DNA of 64,000 nt from Gemmatimonadota bacterium (GTDB taxonomy: Bacteria; Gemmatimonadota; Gemmatimonadetes; Gemmatimonadales; GWC2-71-9), in assembly GCA_036679605.1 (NCBI GenBank), contig JAZDCZ010000419.1:202038-266037 (forward strand), in the 5' to 3' direction. Both the position numbers and the translations under genes were made by a program. Below, piece by piece: positions 48,866 through 59,800 of this stretch. Position 1 is the first letter of the stretch. Every line of letters begins with the position of its first letter. The notes under the pieces were generated by a model, which searched no databases, had not been told where the DNA came from, and was given only the letters and a program-made list of their open reading frames with translations.

Positions 48866-51364
48866 TTACTGCTGACTCTCGGCCACTGGTTCAGCGCTGC
48901 TTTCTTCGTCCGACGGTGGCACCTCCGGTGCGTCTTCCTCAACCACGCGGGCCACGTCTACAACAGTGTCACCAGAATCGAGGTTCATTACCCTAACGCC
49001 TTGAGTGTTGCGTCCAATTATCCCGATACCCCGGACCGGAACACGGATGATTACGCCGTTGCGCGTTATCATCATCAATTCATCGTTGGGAACGACTTCC
49101 TTTAGCGCCACTATCCGTCCGGTCTTTTCTGTGCGCTTGAGGGTAATAATGCCCTTACCACCCCTCTTCTGTACCCGGTAGTCCGAAACCTGCGACCGCT
49201 TTCCCATACCCCTTTCACTTACTACCAGCAGTGTTGCTTCGCGCTTGACAACTACCATCTCGATCACCCAGTCGTCGCCAGCCAATTGAATGCCTCGCAC
49301 ACCGGCGGTCGTACGCCCCATCTCCCTGGCATCCTTCTCACTAAACCGGATGCTCATGCCTTCGCTCGTAGCCAACACTACGTCGTTCGTGCCGTCGGTA
49401 AGCTGGACGTCTATGAGGCGGTCACCCTCATCGATATTGATAGCGTTGATCCCGGTAGCACGCGGATGTCCATATGCAGACAGAACCGTCTTCTTGACCG
49501 TGCCGTTCGATGTGGCAAACATCAAATAGTGCAAGTCGCTGAACTCGCGCACCGCCACAAACGCAGCGATCCTTTCGTCCGGACGGATTCCCAATAGGTT
49601 GATTATCGGCTTCCCGCGGGCTGCCCTACCTCCTTGGGGAATGTCGTACACCTTGAGCCAATAGACCCGGCCGGATTCGGTAAACGTCAGCACGTAGTCG
49701 TGCGTCGAAGCAACGAAGAGGTGCTCTACCCAGTCGTCTTCCTTCGTGCCCATGCCGTTTAGACCTCGACCGCCGCGACGCTGGCGCCGGTAGGTCGTCA
49801 CGGGAATTCGTTTGATGTATCCGGTATGTGAGATCGTGATCACCATATCCTCTTCGGCGATCAAGTCCTCGATTGCAAAATCACCCTCGTCTGCTATTAT
49901 CTCGGTCTGCCTCTTGTCCCCGAACCGCTTTAGAATTTCGTCCAACTCGGATTTCAGAATCGCTAGACGCTTAGGCTTAGAAGCGAGTATCCCCTTGAGT
50001 TCCTTGATGAGGTTACGAAGCTCGGCCAACTCGGTCTCGATTTTGTCGGTTTCGAGAGCAGTGAGCCGCGCGAGCCTCATGTTGAGGATCGCTTCGCTCT
50101 GCAGTTCGCTGAGTTCAAACTCTTTCCTGAGGGCAGCATCCGCGGCAGGGACGTCCTTGGCCTTGCGAATGATTTCGATTACACGGTCGATGTTGTCGAC
50201 CGCTATCTTGAGTCCCTCGAGAATGTGCTCTCGCGCCCGGGCATGGTCGAGATCGAACTGCGTACGTCGAGTGATCACTTCGAGCCTGTGGTCGACGAAG
50301 GGCTGCAACATCTCCTTGAGGTTCAGCACCTTCGGGACGCCATCGACCAAAGCGAGCATGATTGCCCCGAAGGTGGTTTGCATCTGCGTGCGCTTATAGA
50401 GTTGATTCAGCACCACGTTCGGATTGGCATCACGCTTCAACTCGATAACGACACGCATCCCGTCACGATCCGATTCGTCACGGAGATCCGAGATCATGGT
50501 GATCTTCTTGCTTCGCACAGTGTCGGCTATCTGCTCGAGCAGACGTGACTTATTGACTTGAAACGGGATTTCGGTCACCACTATCTGGAACCTGCCGGAC
50601 GATTCCTTCTCTTCCACCTGGGCACGCGCTCGCATGATGATCCGACCGCGGCCGCTCTCGTAACACTCAGCTATGCCATCCCGGCCATAGATGAAACCAC
50701 CGGTAGGAAAATCCGGACCCTTGATATGCTGATGGAGATCGCGCGTGCTGCACCCCGGTTCGTCGATCAGGTGCTTCAGAGCGGCCACAACTTCGCCCAG
50801 GTTGTGAGGCGGAATGTTTGTCGCCATTCCGACCGCAATGCCAGTAGATCCGTTGACCAGCAGATTGGGAAGTTTGCTCGGCAAAACAGTAGGTTCTTCG
50901 AGCCGGTCGTCGAAGTTCGGCGTGAACTCGACGGTGTTCTTATCGATGTCGTCCAGCATCGATACAGCGGTATGAGTGAGACGCACCTCAGTGTAGCGAT
51001 ACGCCGCAGCCCTATCTCCGTCTACGGAACCGAAGTTCCCCTGACCATCTACCAGCGGATATCGTAGTGAGAAAGTTTGGACCATCCGCACCATTGAGTC
51101 ATACACTGCCATATCGCCGTGTGGGTGGTACTTGCCGAGTACGTCGCCAACAACGGTGGCGCTCTTCTTGTACGGCCTGCCGGGCTGGAGACCCAGCTCG
51201 TTCATGGCGTAGAGAATCCGGCGATGGACCGGCTTGAGACCGTCCCGCACGTCGGGGAGCGCGCGTTGGACGATCACACTCATCGAGTAATCGATGAAAG
51301 ATTCTTTCAGCTCGTCTTCGATCAGCCGGCTGAGGATACGTTCGCGTTGATTGGGGCCTGTCAT
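48866..51364 (-). CDS. gyrA: DNA gyrase subunit A
   Basis: [30 protein letters not shown], GyrA box QRRGGRG. Confidence 0.98.
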   Translation of the reverse strand: MTGPNQRERILSRLIEDELKESFIDYSMSVIVQRALPDVRDGLKPVHRRILYAMNELGLQPGRPYKKSATVVGDVLGKYHPHGDMAVYDSMVRMVQTFSLRYPLVDGQGNFGSVDGDRAAAYRYTEVRLTHTAVSMLDDIDKNTVEFTPNFDDRLEEPTVLPSKLPNLLVNGSTGIAVGMATNIPPHNLGEVVAALKHLIDEPGCSTRDLHQHIKGPDFPTGGFIYGRDGIAECYESGRGRIIMRARAQVEEKESSGRFQIVVTEIPFQVNKSRLLEQIADTVRSKKITMISDLRDESDRDGMRVVIELKRDANPNVVLNQLYKRTQMQTTFGAIMLALVDGVPKVLNLKEMLQPFVDHRLEVITRRTQFDLDHARAREHILEGLKIAVDNIDRVIEIIRKAKDVPAADAALRKEFELSELQSEAILNMRLARLTALETDKIETELAELRNLIKELKGILASKPKRLAILKSELDEILKRFGDKRQTEIIADEGDFAIEDLIAEEDMVITISHTGYIKRIPVTTYRRQRRGGRGLNGMGTKEDDWVEHLFVASTHDYVLTFTESGRVYWLKVYDIPQGGRAARGKPIINLLGIRPDERIAAFVAVREFSDLHYLMFATSNGTVKKTVLSAYGHPRATGINAINIDEGDRLIDVQLTDGTNDVVLATSEGMSIRFSEKDAREMGRTTAGVRGIQLAGDDWVIEMVVVKREATLLVVSERGMGKRSQVSDYRVQKRGGKGIITLKRTEKTGRIVALKEVVPNDELMMITRNGVIIRVPVRGIGIIGRNTQGVRVMNLDSGDTVVDVARVVEEDAPEVPPSDEESSAEPVAESQQ

Positions 51365-51386
51365 TTTATCCTGATCGGTATACAGA

Positions 51387-51410
51387 AAAGGGGCCGCTAG
51401 CGACCCCTTT
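51387..51410 (-). promoter_or_regulatory. Hairpin in the predicted gyrA 5' leader
   Basis: Minus strand AAAGGGGTCGCTAGCGGCCCCTTTT. Confidence 0.55.
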
Positions 51411-51422
51411 GAAGGTCCTCAA

Positions 51423-51451
51423 AGTATACCGATTTCGGGACCGAAAATCAA
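51423..51451 (-). promoter_or_regulatory. sigma70-type gyrA promoter TTGATT-N17-TATACT
   Basis: Near-consensus hexamers with an exact 17-nt spacer. Confidence 0.7.
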
Positions 51452-51560
51452 TCGGTGAAACTCGGGATAAACCATTCATTTACAGGCAGTTAGGATAGTG
51501 CCTCAAAGCGGCCAGTCAACGTCCCGGAACCGGGGCCAACAGGGTAGGCGAACCCCGTGG

Positions 51561-52775
51561 CTAGAAGGGTACCACCTTAAGCTTCTTGGCGCTCGTGCCC
51601 GGTTTACGAGTCGTGATGCTAACGACGCCGTCCGCAGCGCGCTCACCGTAGAGTTTGCGGGCCGCTTCACCTTTGATCACCTCGATGTGGTCGATGTCAA
51701 GCGCGTCGATGTCGATGGTGCCGGCACTCACGATCACGCCATCCACTACGTAGAGTGGCTGCTTTCTTCCCGTCCGATCATTCCTCAACACGATCGTGGT
51801 AGGCTGAAAATAGACCAGTGCGGTGTCTTGGACCAACCGCGCGTTTAACTCTGCCACATCACTTGTAGTCGGCGGTGTCGGCGCCTCGCACGCGAGGAAT
51901 CCGGACGCGGCGGCAATTGCGAGCGCCCCTGCCACCCGTGACACGCGGCGACGTGGTTCTGAAATCATGATGTTTATTCTCCGTGAGAGGGACGATTGAC
52001 GTTCCGTTAGCGCAAGAGCCGGCAGAGACCGGCGCCGCACACGGCGATGCATTTCTAGCAGCAGCAAACCATATTCGCGCGCGCCCACACCGCCCCGGAT
52101 CATGCGCAGGTCGCAGTCGGCTTCCATGGCCAGTCTCAGGCGGGCCATTTGCCACCAGAGCGCCACGTTCCAGGGCATTAGCACCAGAGCCACTAATCCG
52201 AGCAACAGCAGCCACGGATCGCCCCCTCGAATGTGCTCGCGCTCATGGAGGGCAATGATACGCTGTACTCTCTTTTCCAATCCGAGTACCCAGTTCGGCA
52301 GAACCACGGTCGCCCTCGCGACACCGAAGACCGCGGGCCCGACATCGTCGGACACCAAGACAGACGTCCCCCCGACAGTACCGTGTTTCCACTCGTGGCG
52401 CTCCCGATTGAGTCGCCAAAATGACCAGAGCAACGAGAGCAGAAGAAGTGTCGAAGACAGAATCCAAACGAGGACCAGTGAACCATCCAAAGCCGCAAGT
52501 TTCGGCTGCGTCGACACGAGTGTCTCGAACGGGTTGGGCCAGGCAGGAAGAACGGAGAGTGATTGTGGATCAACTGGATCGGCAGGGACTTCAAGTGAAC
52601 CCGCCCCAAGGGAGAACCAGCGCACGGCAGGCAAGCTCAGCGTTCCCAAGAGCGCGAATAACCAGACCAGCCGGGCCGGGTGCCCGAACGCGCGGAACAA
52701 TTTCTCCACAAAGGTCGCAGTGATCGTCAGAAGGGCACCTATGGCAAGACCGTAAACCATCCAAACAGCGATCAT
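51561..52775 (-). CDS. M56 (BlaR1/MecR1-like) metallopeptidase with C-terminal TonB-plug-like domain
   Basis: HEREH, PWN..LW, EADCD; C-terminal PLYVVDG..IEVIKG..YG..AADGVVSITT. Confidence 0.9.
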   Translation of the reverse strand: MIAVWMVYGLAIGALLTITATFVEKLFRAFGHPARLVWLFALLGTLSLPAVRWFSLGAGSLEVPADPVDPQSLSVLPAWPNPFETLVSTQPKLAALDGSLVLVWILSSTLLLLSLLWSFWRLNRERHEWKHGTVGGTSVLVSDDVGPAVFGVARATVVLPNWVLGLEKRVQRIIALHEREHIRGGDPWLLLLGLVALVLMPWNVALWWQMARLRLAMEADCDLRMIRGGVGAREYGLLLLEMHRRVRRRSLPALALTERQSSLSRRINIMISEPRRRVSRVAGALAIAAASGFLACEAPTPPTTSDVAELNARLVQDTALVYFQPTTIVLRNDRTGRKQPLYVVDGVIVSAGTIDIDALDIDHIEVIKGEAARKLYGERAADGVVSITTRKPGTSAKKLKVVPF

Positions 52776-53146
52776 CGGTCCACCTCACTTATCCGTTTGT
52801 CGAGCAATTCCCTAATCCGCACCAGTTCCTGCTCTGAAATGTTCTCGTCGGCCACGAGCCGCGAGATAAGCATCTCGCGCGATCCGCTGTAGATCTTGTC
52901 CAGCAACCGGTCGAGCGCACCTTCACCCACCTCGGAGGCCGCGATCAGGGGGTGGTAGCGAAACGCCTTGCCATGAGTCTCGTGTCTTACATGGCCCTTC
53001 GCTTCCAAGCCCCGGAGCACCGTCAGCACCGTGGTGTAAGCGAGGTCCTCACGCAATCCGCTGCGCACCTCGGCGACAGTGGCCGAGCCCAGTTGCCATA
53101 CCACCGACATGACATCCAGCTCGCGGTTCGTCAGATGCACTGCCAT
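52772..53146 (-). CDS. BlaI/MecI/CopY family repressor
   Basis: LTNRELDVMSVVW..ATV..LAYTTVLTVL..LEAKG. Confidence 0.93.
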   Translation of the reverse strand: MAVHLTNRELDVMSVVWQLGSATVAEVRSGLREDLAYTTVLTVLRGLEAKGHVRHETHGKAFRYHPLIAASEVGEGALDRLLDKIYSGSREMLISRLVADENISEQELVRIRELLDKRISEVDR

Positions 53147-53231
53147 GGCATACCACCTAAGGTATTGATTTGATGTCAGTTACGATACGCGGCGTGCGCC
53201 GCGCAACCCGCAACGCAGCTCACCAGCGATA

Positions 53232-53247
53232 TACTAAGTACTTAGTA
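53232..53247. promoter_or_regulatory. BlaI operator candidate (perfect 16-bp palindrome)
   Basis: TACTAAGTACTTAGTA about 85 nt upstream of the repressor start. Confidence 0.65.
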
Positions 53248-53270
53248 CATCGTAGAAAGTTCCATCGATG

Positions 53271-54392
53271 TCAAGACTGAGGGATGGTCCGTCGCAAACG
53301 GTACATGACCAGGTACGGTTCGCCTCCGTCGTCATCGTAGGCTCCGAGGATGTGGTCCTGACCGATCTCATACACGCTCATGTATCGTGGCAAGGAAACA
53401 TCCCCGACAACCTGACCGTCCGAGCGAATGGCGCGCAGCCGAGTCTCGGCGTCGCCCGCTAGCGAAAGCTGCACCCACAACAACCCCGAAGGATCGGCCA
53501 GCAATGACGCGTAGGGTGGCAAATACTCCGGCATCGGACGTTGCAGCATGATTTGCTTCAGAGCTTCGCGATCGGCTACGAGGCCCAGGCCCACCACTAT
53601 TGCATCAACCGATCGCTCGAAGTGCTCCATAGTCGGCGGCCGCAACGCCACATCCACAGACAACACTGCCACATCATTTCCATCAATACTGTACGCATCG
53701 ATGAACGCCGAGTCCTTGGTGCCGACATACAGGATGTCGTCGGTGACGGCAATACTGGTGACCTTGCCGAGCGGCCCGCCTTCGTAAGCCGGTACCTCTG
53801 CGAACTCTCGCGTGACCACGCCGCCTGCATCAGCCAGGAACATCCGGGCGCCATAGCGATCCCAGGCACTGCTCGTGTGCTGCGGTGTCTCGATGAACAC
53901 GAGCGTACCTTGTCGCGAGCAACTGACAAGCCATGCAGGAGCAGATGACGGATCGACCGGCAGTCGATAGGTCCGCTGCACATCCCCTGTGGCTCCAACC
54001 ACTGTCATCCGGGCCAGACGTGAGTCCCACACGTACACGGAATCCACCCCACACTGCCCCAACCACTCGATGTGCTCGAATTCTCCTGGTCCTCCGCCTT
54101 CCCTGCCGACGCTGTTGACCAGCCGGCCTTCATTGTCGACGAACCGAACAGCTTGGCCGAGGCCATCACCGATGACGACTGTCCCGTCAGACAAACGTGT
54201 TGCCCCTGACGCAGTCTCAAACACAATGTCCCCGTCAGAAGCCGTTCCGGCTATCACAAGGACCGGAATGGAATCGACCGTCAGGGTAGCTGCCTGCGTT
54301 GAGTCTTTTCCGGGTTGATCCGATCGACATGAGACACAGAGGAACAGAGTGAGGAAAAGTACAGCACGAACCATCGCTTCCTGCAGCGTCAT
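53271..54392 (-). CDS. 6-bladed beta-propeller lipoprotein
   Basis: Lipobox CVSC; VGREGGGPGEF. Confidence 0.8.
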   Translation of the reverse strand: MTLQEAMVRAVLFLTLFLCVSCRSDQPGKDSTQAATLTVDSIPVLVIAGTASDGDIVFETASGATRLSDGTVVIGDGLGQAVRFVDNEGRLVNSVGREGGGPGEFEHIEWLGQCGVDSVYVWDSRLARMTVVGATGDVQRTYRLPVDPSSAPAWLVSCSRQGTLVFIETPQHTSSAWDRYGARMFLADAGGVVTREFAEVPAYEGGPLGKVTSIAVTDDILYVGTKDSAFIDAYSIDGNDVAVLSVDVALRPPTMEHFERSVDAIVVGLGLVADREALKQIMLQRPMPEYLPPYASLLADPSGLLWVQLSLAGDAETRLRAIRSDGQVVGDVSLPRYMSVYEIGQDHILGAYDDDGGEPYLVMYRLRRTIPQS

Positions 54393-54444
54393 CTCTCTAT
54401 TCTCATCCGCACCACATACGATGGTCGCTGGCCAAGTGGCGCAC

Positions 54445-55668
54445 TCAATTTCTGAACAGCCGATACATCTTCACCTGTGCGACGTCCAGGTCGGTGCGCC
54501 ACGATCCTATCAGGTAGTCTTCCCCGATGTCAGTTATCCGCCCGCCCCTGGGCACCTCGACAACGCCGAGCATGCGGCCATCGGTGTCGAATACAGTCCA
54601 GTTTCCGCTCCTGTCCCCGCGGCCCAAGCTGTACTCGGCGACCCAGACGTTACCGAGCGCATCCACCTTTACGCTTCCGTAGGCTGGCATCGTCTCGGGA
54701 AACTCGAGATCATCCACATGACGCCTCGCCCATGCGGCGAACCTCGGATCATCCTCATCTATGAAATATTCCTTGAAGGCCTCGATGTCCCCTGCCGTGA
54801 CAGGGCGATTCGGAACCGGCCGACGTATTATGCGCTCCAGAGCACCAGCCGAGTCGAAGATTTGGATCTCGTAGGTCTCACTTGATGCGTAGTACACGCG
54901 TTGCCCAAAGATGTTGGTCGATGCATCCCGACCAAACGCAGCGTCGCCCGACACGGATCGGCCCACGCCGGTACCATCGTCAGGAGACCGATCGATGCTC
55001 ACATCGTCAGCGAAGAACACGCCGAGGGAATCCAGCACCTCGCCATCCGGCGAGAATCGCCGGTACACCTTGTCTATTCTCGCCAAGCTGAATCCTTCGG
55101 GCGCCAGTTGGAAGACGAACTGCATTCCGAGCATAGACCCGTCCGGGAACACACCCTCGGCGGTCGAACGGGACAAGGCAGACTCTCGCTCCAGCATCAA
55201 GGTCCTGCCGTACTCACCCGAAGCGGAGAAGACCAACACCCGATCCTGTCCCCAATCGTCAATCACCAGCGAATCCTTCACTGGCCAGACCCCACCGATG
55301 TTCTTGAACTCTCCTGGTCCGAATCCGTCGCGACCTACCGAGTAGAGATGTGTGCCTGAGGAGTCGAAGTACCTGAGTTCGTCGCTGCCACCATTCGCGA
55401 TGAGCAAACGGCGATCCGGCAGGAGCAGGGCTGCTCGCACGCTATACAGCGAATACTCCTCCGGACCGTCCGCCGTGCCAATCGTTACGAGTGGTTCCTC
55501 GGACAGGTACCATCCTTCACCCTCGGCCCAGCTTGCCTGGTAACTCTCTACTATCGTTACGCCGGCGCTGTCACGAACCACCGACGACTTCGAAGTCTTG
55601 GTGGAACTAGAGCAAGCCACACTTGCCAAGAGAAAGAACAGTGTCGGTATGTACGCTCGGAATTTCAT
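54445..55668 (-). CDS. 6-bladed beta-propeller lipoprotein
   Basis: ATG 55668; lipobox SVAC; VRDSAGVTIVES; VGRDGFGPGEF. Confidence 0.8.
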   Translation of the reverse strand: MKFRAYIPTLFFLLASVACSSSTKTSKSSVVRDSAGVTIVESYQASWAEGEGWYLSEEPLVTIGTADGPEEYSLYSVRAALLLPDRRLLIANGGSDELRYFDSSGTHLYSVGRDGFGPGEFKNIGGVWPVKDSLVIDDWGQDRVLVFSASGEYGRTLMLERESALSRSTAEGVFPDGSMLGMQFVFQLAPEGFSLARIDKVYRRFSPDGEVLDSLGVFFADDVSIDRSPDDGTGVGRSVSGDAAFGRDASTNIFGQRVYYASSETYEIQIFDSAGALERIIRRPVPNRPVTAGDIEAFKEYFIDEDDPRFAAWARRHVDDLEFPETMPAYGSVKVDALGNVWVAEYSLGRGDRSGNWTVFDTDGRMLGVVEVPRGGRITDIGEDYLIGSWRTDLDVAQVKMYRLFRN

Positions 55669-55817
55669 TAGGTCTCTTTCCCCCAATTCCCGAGAGCGAC
55701 CACTTCCGAAAGGCCTAACCAATGGGTTGCGCGCGCCGGCAGCGTGGGGCGTCGAGAGCTTGAAGGAGAGTAACAATTTGTACCGCATGCATTACTGCGG
55801 CTCAATTACCACAACCT

Positions 55818-56672
55818 CTAAGAACCCGAACCTTTCTTCTTTTTCTTCTCGGGCCGCGGCGCTCGCCTGGTCCAAATCGCGACCGCCCCACACCCTAAGT
55901 CGTTGGTATTCAGGAACTCTCCGGGAGTTTCAGAGGGACCCCGGTACACCTCTATTGCCTCGATGTCGGACGGGAGTGCTAGCTCGTTTATTCCCCGCTC
56001 GGTAGGTACAAACTTAATGCCGTCGAGATAATAGGAAACGGGACAGTTAGCCTCCTTTCTCCCCCCACCGCCCATCCCCGATAAAGAGGTAATACGCATA
56101 CGCTTCGGGGTCCTAGCCATTTCTACGGCATAACCCCCGTTAGCGACATGAATAATGCGAACGCCGGGTAGACCCCGCAGAATGTCAGTGATGCGGGTGG
56201 GAGTCCTTTCCTTCCACTCCTCCCTCGTCAAGAATAGTCCTAATCCAAGGCGCTTCCGCTCGTAGAATCCGCGCATCGGACCCGGCGCAAACCGTTCGGC
56301 TTCACCCTCTACGGAAAGCGTATCAAGCACGAGTGCGTCCTGAGGTAGTAGCACTGTCAATTCAACTTCGGTGCCCGCGGCAGGAACTTCGAACTCAGGT
56401 GTAACTGTCGGCGAGTACCCAACTCGGCGCACATGGAGCAGGAAACGCCCGGGCTCGGCGTGCAGCAGGAACCGTCCGTCGCTACCGGAAACCGCGCTCG
56501 CAACAGCACTCCCGTCAGCACCCATCAGCATAACGAACGCTCCATGGATCGCCGTCATTGTCGAATCGGCGCGAACCGTACCGCGAATTAGGGTCTGGGC
56601 CTGAAGGGTCGAATTTGTCGCAGGCAGGCTCAGGATAGAGAATGAGCACAGCATCGGGATCACAGGACGCAT
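55818..56672 (-). CDS. Carboxypeptidase-regulatory-like domain plus TonB-plug-like domain protein (no barrel)
   Basis: Signal peptide; IRGTV..DGRF..RRVGY; CPVSYYLDG..IEAIEVYRG..CGAVAIWTR. Confidence 0.8.
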   Translation of the reverse strand: MRPVIPMLCSFSILSLPATNSTLQAQTLIRGTVRADSTMTAIHGAFVMLMGADGSAVASAVSGSDGRFLLHAEPGRFLLHVRRVGYSPTVTPEFEVPAAGTEVELTVLLPQDALVLDTLSVEGEAERFAPGPMRGFYERKRLGLGLFLTREEWKERTPTRITDILRGLPGVRIIHVANGGYAVEMARTPKRMRITSLSGMGGGGRKEANCPVSYYLDGIKFVPTERGINELALPSDIEAIEVYRGPSETPGEFLNTNDLGCGAVAIWTRRAPRPEKKKKKGSGS

Positions 56673-56802
56673 TATGCCTCCTTAGAGGGAAATGCTCGGT
56701 TACAGTATATCGCCGCAGATGGACAGTCTGGTTGCCTGTGTATTACAGAACTCTATCAATATCGTGACAGTCGCAAGCCCACGTGGTCGATGGCGCCGAG
56801 AA

Positions 56803-59800
56803 TCAGGTGGCGGGGGCCAGCTCCGCCGTGGCCGGGGCCGCCACTCGACGACGCTCTGACTTGAGTTCGAAGATGAGATAAAGTGCCGGCGTCACGGTCA
56901 GCACAAAGAGCGTGGAACTCGCCATGCCGCCTATCAGCGCATAGCCCAGGGCATTCCAGATATTGGCATCGGCAAACTCGCTGAACATCACGAGCGGCAA
57001 GAGACCGAATATGGTGGTGCTGCTGGTCATGAGGATCGGTCTCACCCGCTCGAGCGTGCCACGTATCGTGGCTTCCGTGAGCGGCAACCCGTCGACTCGA
57101 CGTAGTTGGTTCACGTGATCGATCAGCAAGATCGAATTGTTGACCACGATGCCGCCCATCATTATGACACCGATATACGCTTCTCTGGTGAAGCTGGCGT
57201 CGGTATAGAAGAAGATCAGAAACACACCCACCAATGCCATCGGGACGGTAAGCAGCACGCACAAGGGTTGTCGGTAGGATTCGAAGAGTGCGGCGGTTAC
57301 CATGAACACGAGAAACAATGACACCGACAATACAGCCCAGATCTGTTGCTGTTCGGCACTCGACCAACGCCACTCGTCCTTGCCTTCGATCTTGTATCCG
57401 TCCGGAACTTGTGTAGCCGCAATCACGCTCGAGTGCACGCGATCGCCCAGCTTCTGGGGGCCACGAAACTCGTAGGCAACATTTCTCTGATATTGCTGAT
57501 CCTCTCGCACGATACGATTGAGGACCTGTCGTTCCTCGATTCGGGCCACGTCACCCAACCGCACGCCCTCGCCGTCAGGAACTTGGAGTAACAGGTCTTC
57601 AAGGTCGCGAACATCCAAGTCTTCGTGACCGGCCAGCTTGATGTCGAATCGCATCTCCTCTCCGCCGACTCGTATCGGAGCGCCGGTCTGTTGACCGCTC
57701 ACCGCGACCTGTACCTGACGGATAACATCCACTGCAGTCAGAGCGTAGAGACCCAGCCGTTGCCTGTCTATGAAGAGTGCAAACTCGGTTGCCTTATCGC
57801 GCTGATACCATCGGCCGGACGAATTGACGTCGACGTCACGCACTCTCGAAAACCGCTTGAGTTGCCGGCCAAGGTCTTCGGCTATCTCCCGCACTTTCTC
57901 ATAGTTGTAGCCCAGTACCTTGATCGAGTAGTTCGGCGCCCCTCCACCACCGCCGTAAAACGACGGGCCGTAACCGTACACGCGGACTTCAGCACCTCCA
58001 AAGAGATAGCTATAGGCCACCAACTGTTCTTTGATTGCCACCGGCACCAATGTGTTCTCCAGCGAGTCGGGAAACGTGACTCGTATGCTCGCATACTGCG
58101 CAACCGCCTGGGTCACGAATCGTTCGGGCTCGGGCATGGTCTTGAGTTTCTCTTCGAAAAACTCCGTGAGTTCGTTGGTGCGGTCCAGCTCCGCGCCGCG
58201 CGGCAGCCTGATCTGTATCGCGATGTAGGTGTCGTTGCCCCCCCAGCGTCCCCACACGACACCACGGTTGACATACTTATTGAACAGGAAGAAGGTGGAC
58301 CCGAAGATCAGTGCCGCTACGGCGACGGTCGCCCATGGTAGAACCGGCCAGCGCCGGCGGGACGTTAACCGCATGGTGAACCCGAGTATCGCAGCGTAGA
58401 ACCTGACGTAGATGGGCGCCTGGCCTCCCTCCTCGGTGCCTGTGCCGCCGGCTGGCCGCTTCGCCTTCCCGAAAACCAGAGCCCGGCTCGCCAGTGCAGG
58501 AATGAACGTGAAGGCCACAAACAGGCTTGCCAGCAGACTCAAGCCAACGACAATCGCAAGCGGAATGTAAAAGACCCTCAGTTCACCCTGAAGATAGACA
58601 AACGGTATGAAGACGATGAGCGTGGTAAGTGTGGCGGCAAGAATCGGTAAGACGACCTGGCGGGCTCCCGCCTCTGCCGCTGCAACCTCAGTCTCTCCCT
58701 GCTGCCTCTTGCGGTAGATGTTCTCCAACACCACGATCGCATTATCTACGATCAGACCAAACCCCATTGCCAGACCCATCAGTGTCAGAACGTTGAGCGT
58801 CAGCCCGCCAAAGTAGATCAGATTGAGAGAAATCAACACGGAAAACGCGATAGTCGCAAAGACTATGGCCGCCGAACGGAGCGACCGAAGGAAGAGCAAC
58901 AGTACTACGAAAATGACCGCCGCCGAGATGAGTGCACGGAGCCGGAGATCCTGCAGCTGAGCCTTGATATCCTTACTCTGGTCGTCATCCAAGATCAGCT
59001 GCACACCCGGTAAACGGGTGTTCTGCAATGTCGCCAGGTGTTCCTTCACTCTGTCGGCGACTCGCACCGTATTCACGCGGGCTTCCTTGAAGACCTCGAA
59101 CGACACCGCGGGTTGGCCATCTATCCGGTAATACTGACGAGCTTCCTCAAACGTGTCGTGCACGGTGGCCACGTCTTCCACGCGTACCAGCCGACCTCTG
59201 TCAGTCAAGAGCGGCGTTCTCCGGATCTCGTCGGCCGATTCCGTGCGTTCGCGGATAGCGACAGTGCGAAGCGTGCCGCCGACTTCAACTACGCCGGCTT
59301 CGGCCACGAATTCCAGCTCCGTGATGCGCTGCCTCACCACGTAGGAACTGAGCCCTAGGGCGTTGATCTTGTTCTCATCGAGATCTATTGCAAGAACGCG
59401 GTCTCGTCCTCCGTACACCTCGACTCCCGACACTCCCTCGACTTGTGTAACCTCCGGCACCATGCGGTCGTCCACGTACTCGCGGAGAGCCTCCAGTGTA
59501 TACGGTCCGGTCATGGTGTAACTGAGAAACGGCTTGGTTTGATCGCGAAATTCTCGAGGTGTGTACGGCTGGACTTGAGGTGCCCTCACTCCTGCCGGCA
59601 GTTCCTCCTCCAGTACCGCCAGGCGTTCCGACAGTTCGAGTCGCACAAAATCCATATCGGCATCACGCGCGAACTCTATTCTGATGGTCGATCGGGCCGA
59701 CCCGGCATTGGGGTCTTCTTCACTGTACGATGTTATTTTTTCGACTCCCCGCACCTGTTGCACGGCGGCCTCGATGGGCGCGGTGACGAACGCCTCCAAC

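Noticed and set aside
51495..51560. Small hairpins between the gyrA promoter and the M56 stop as an ncRNA or riboswitch
   Set aside because: Stems are only 4-6 bp and match no family I recognise
51561..53146. Beta-lactam resistance locus
   Set aside because: No penicillin-binding sensor domain and no beta-lactamase gene adjacent
56676..56704. TGTAACC upstream of the plug-domain gene as a fourth island-type promoter
   Set aside because: Lacks the TTT and the CCCCTGTA element and is too close to the start codon
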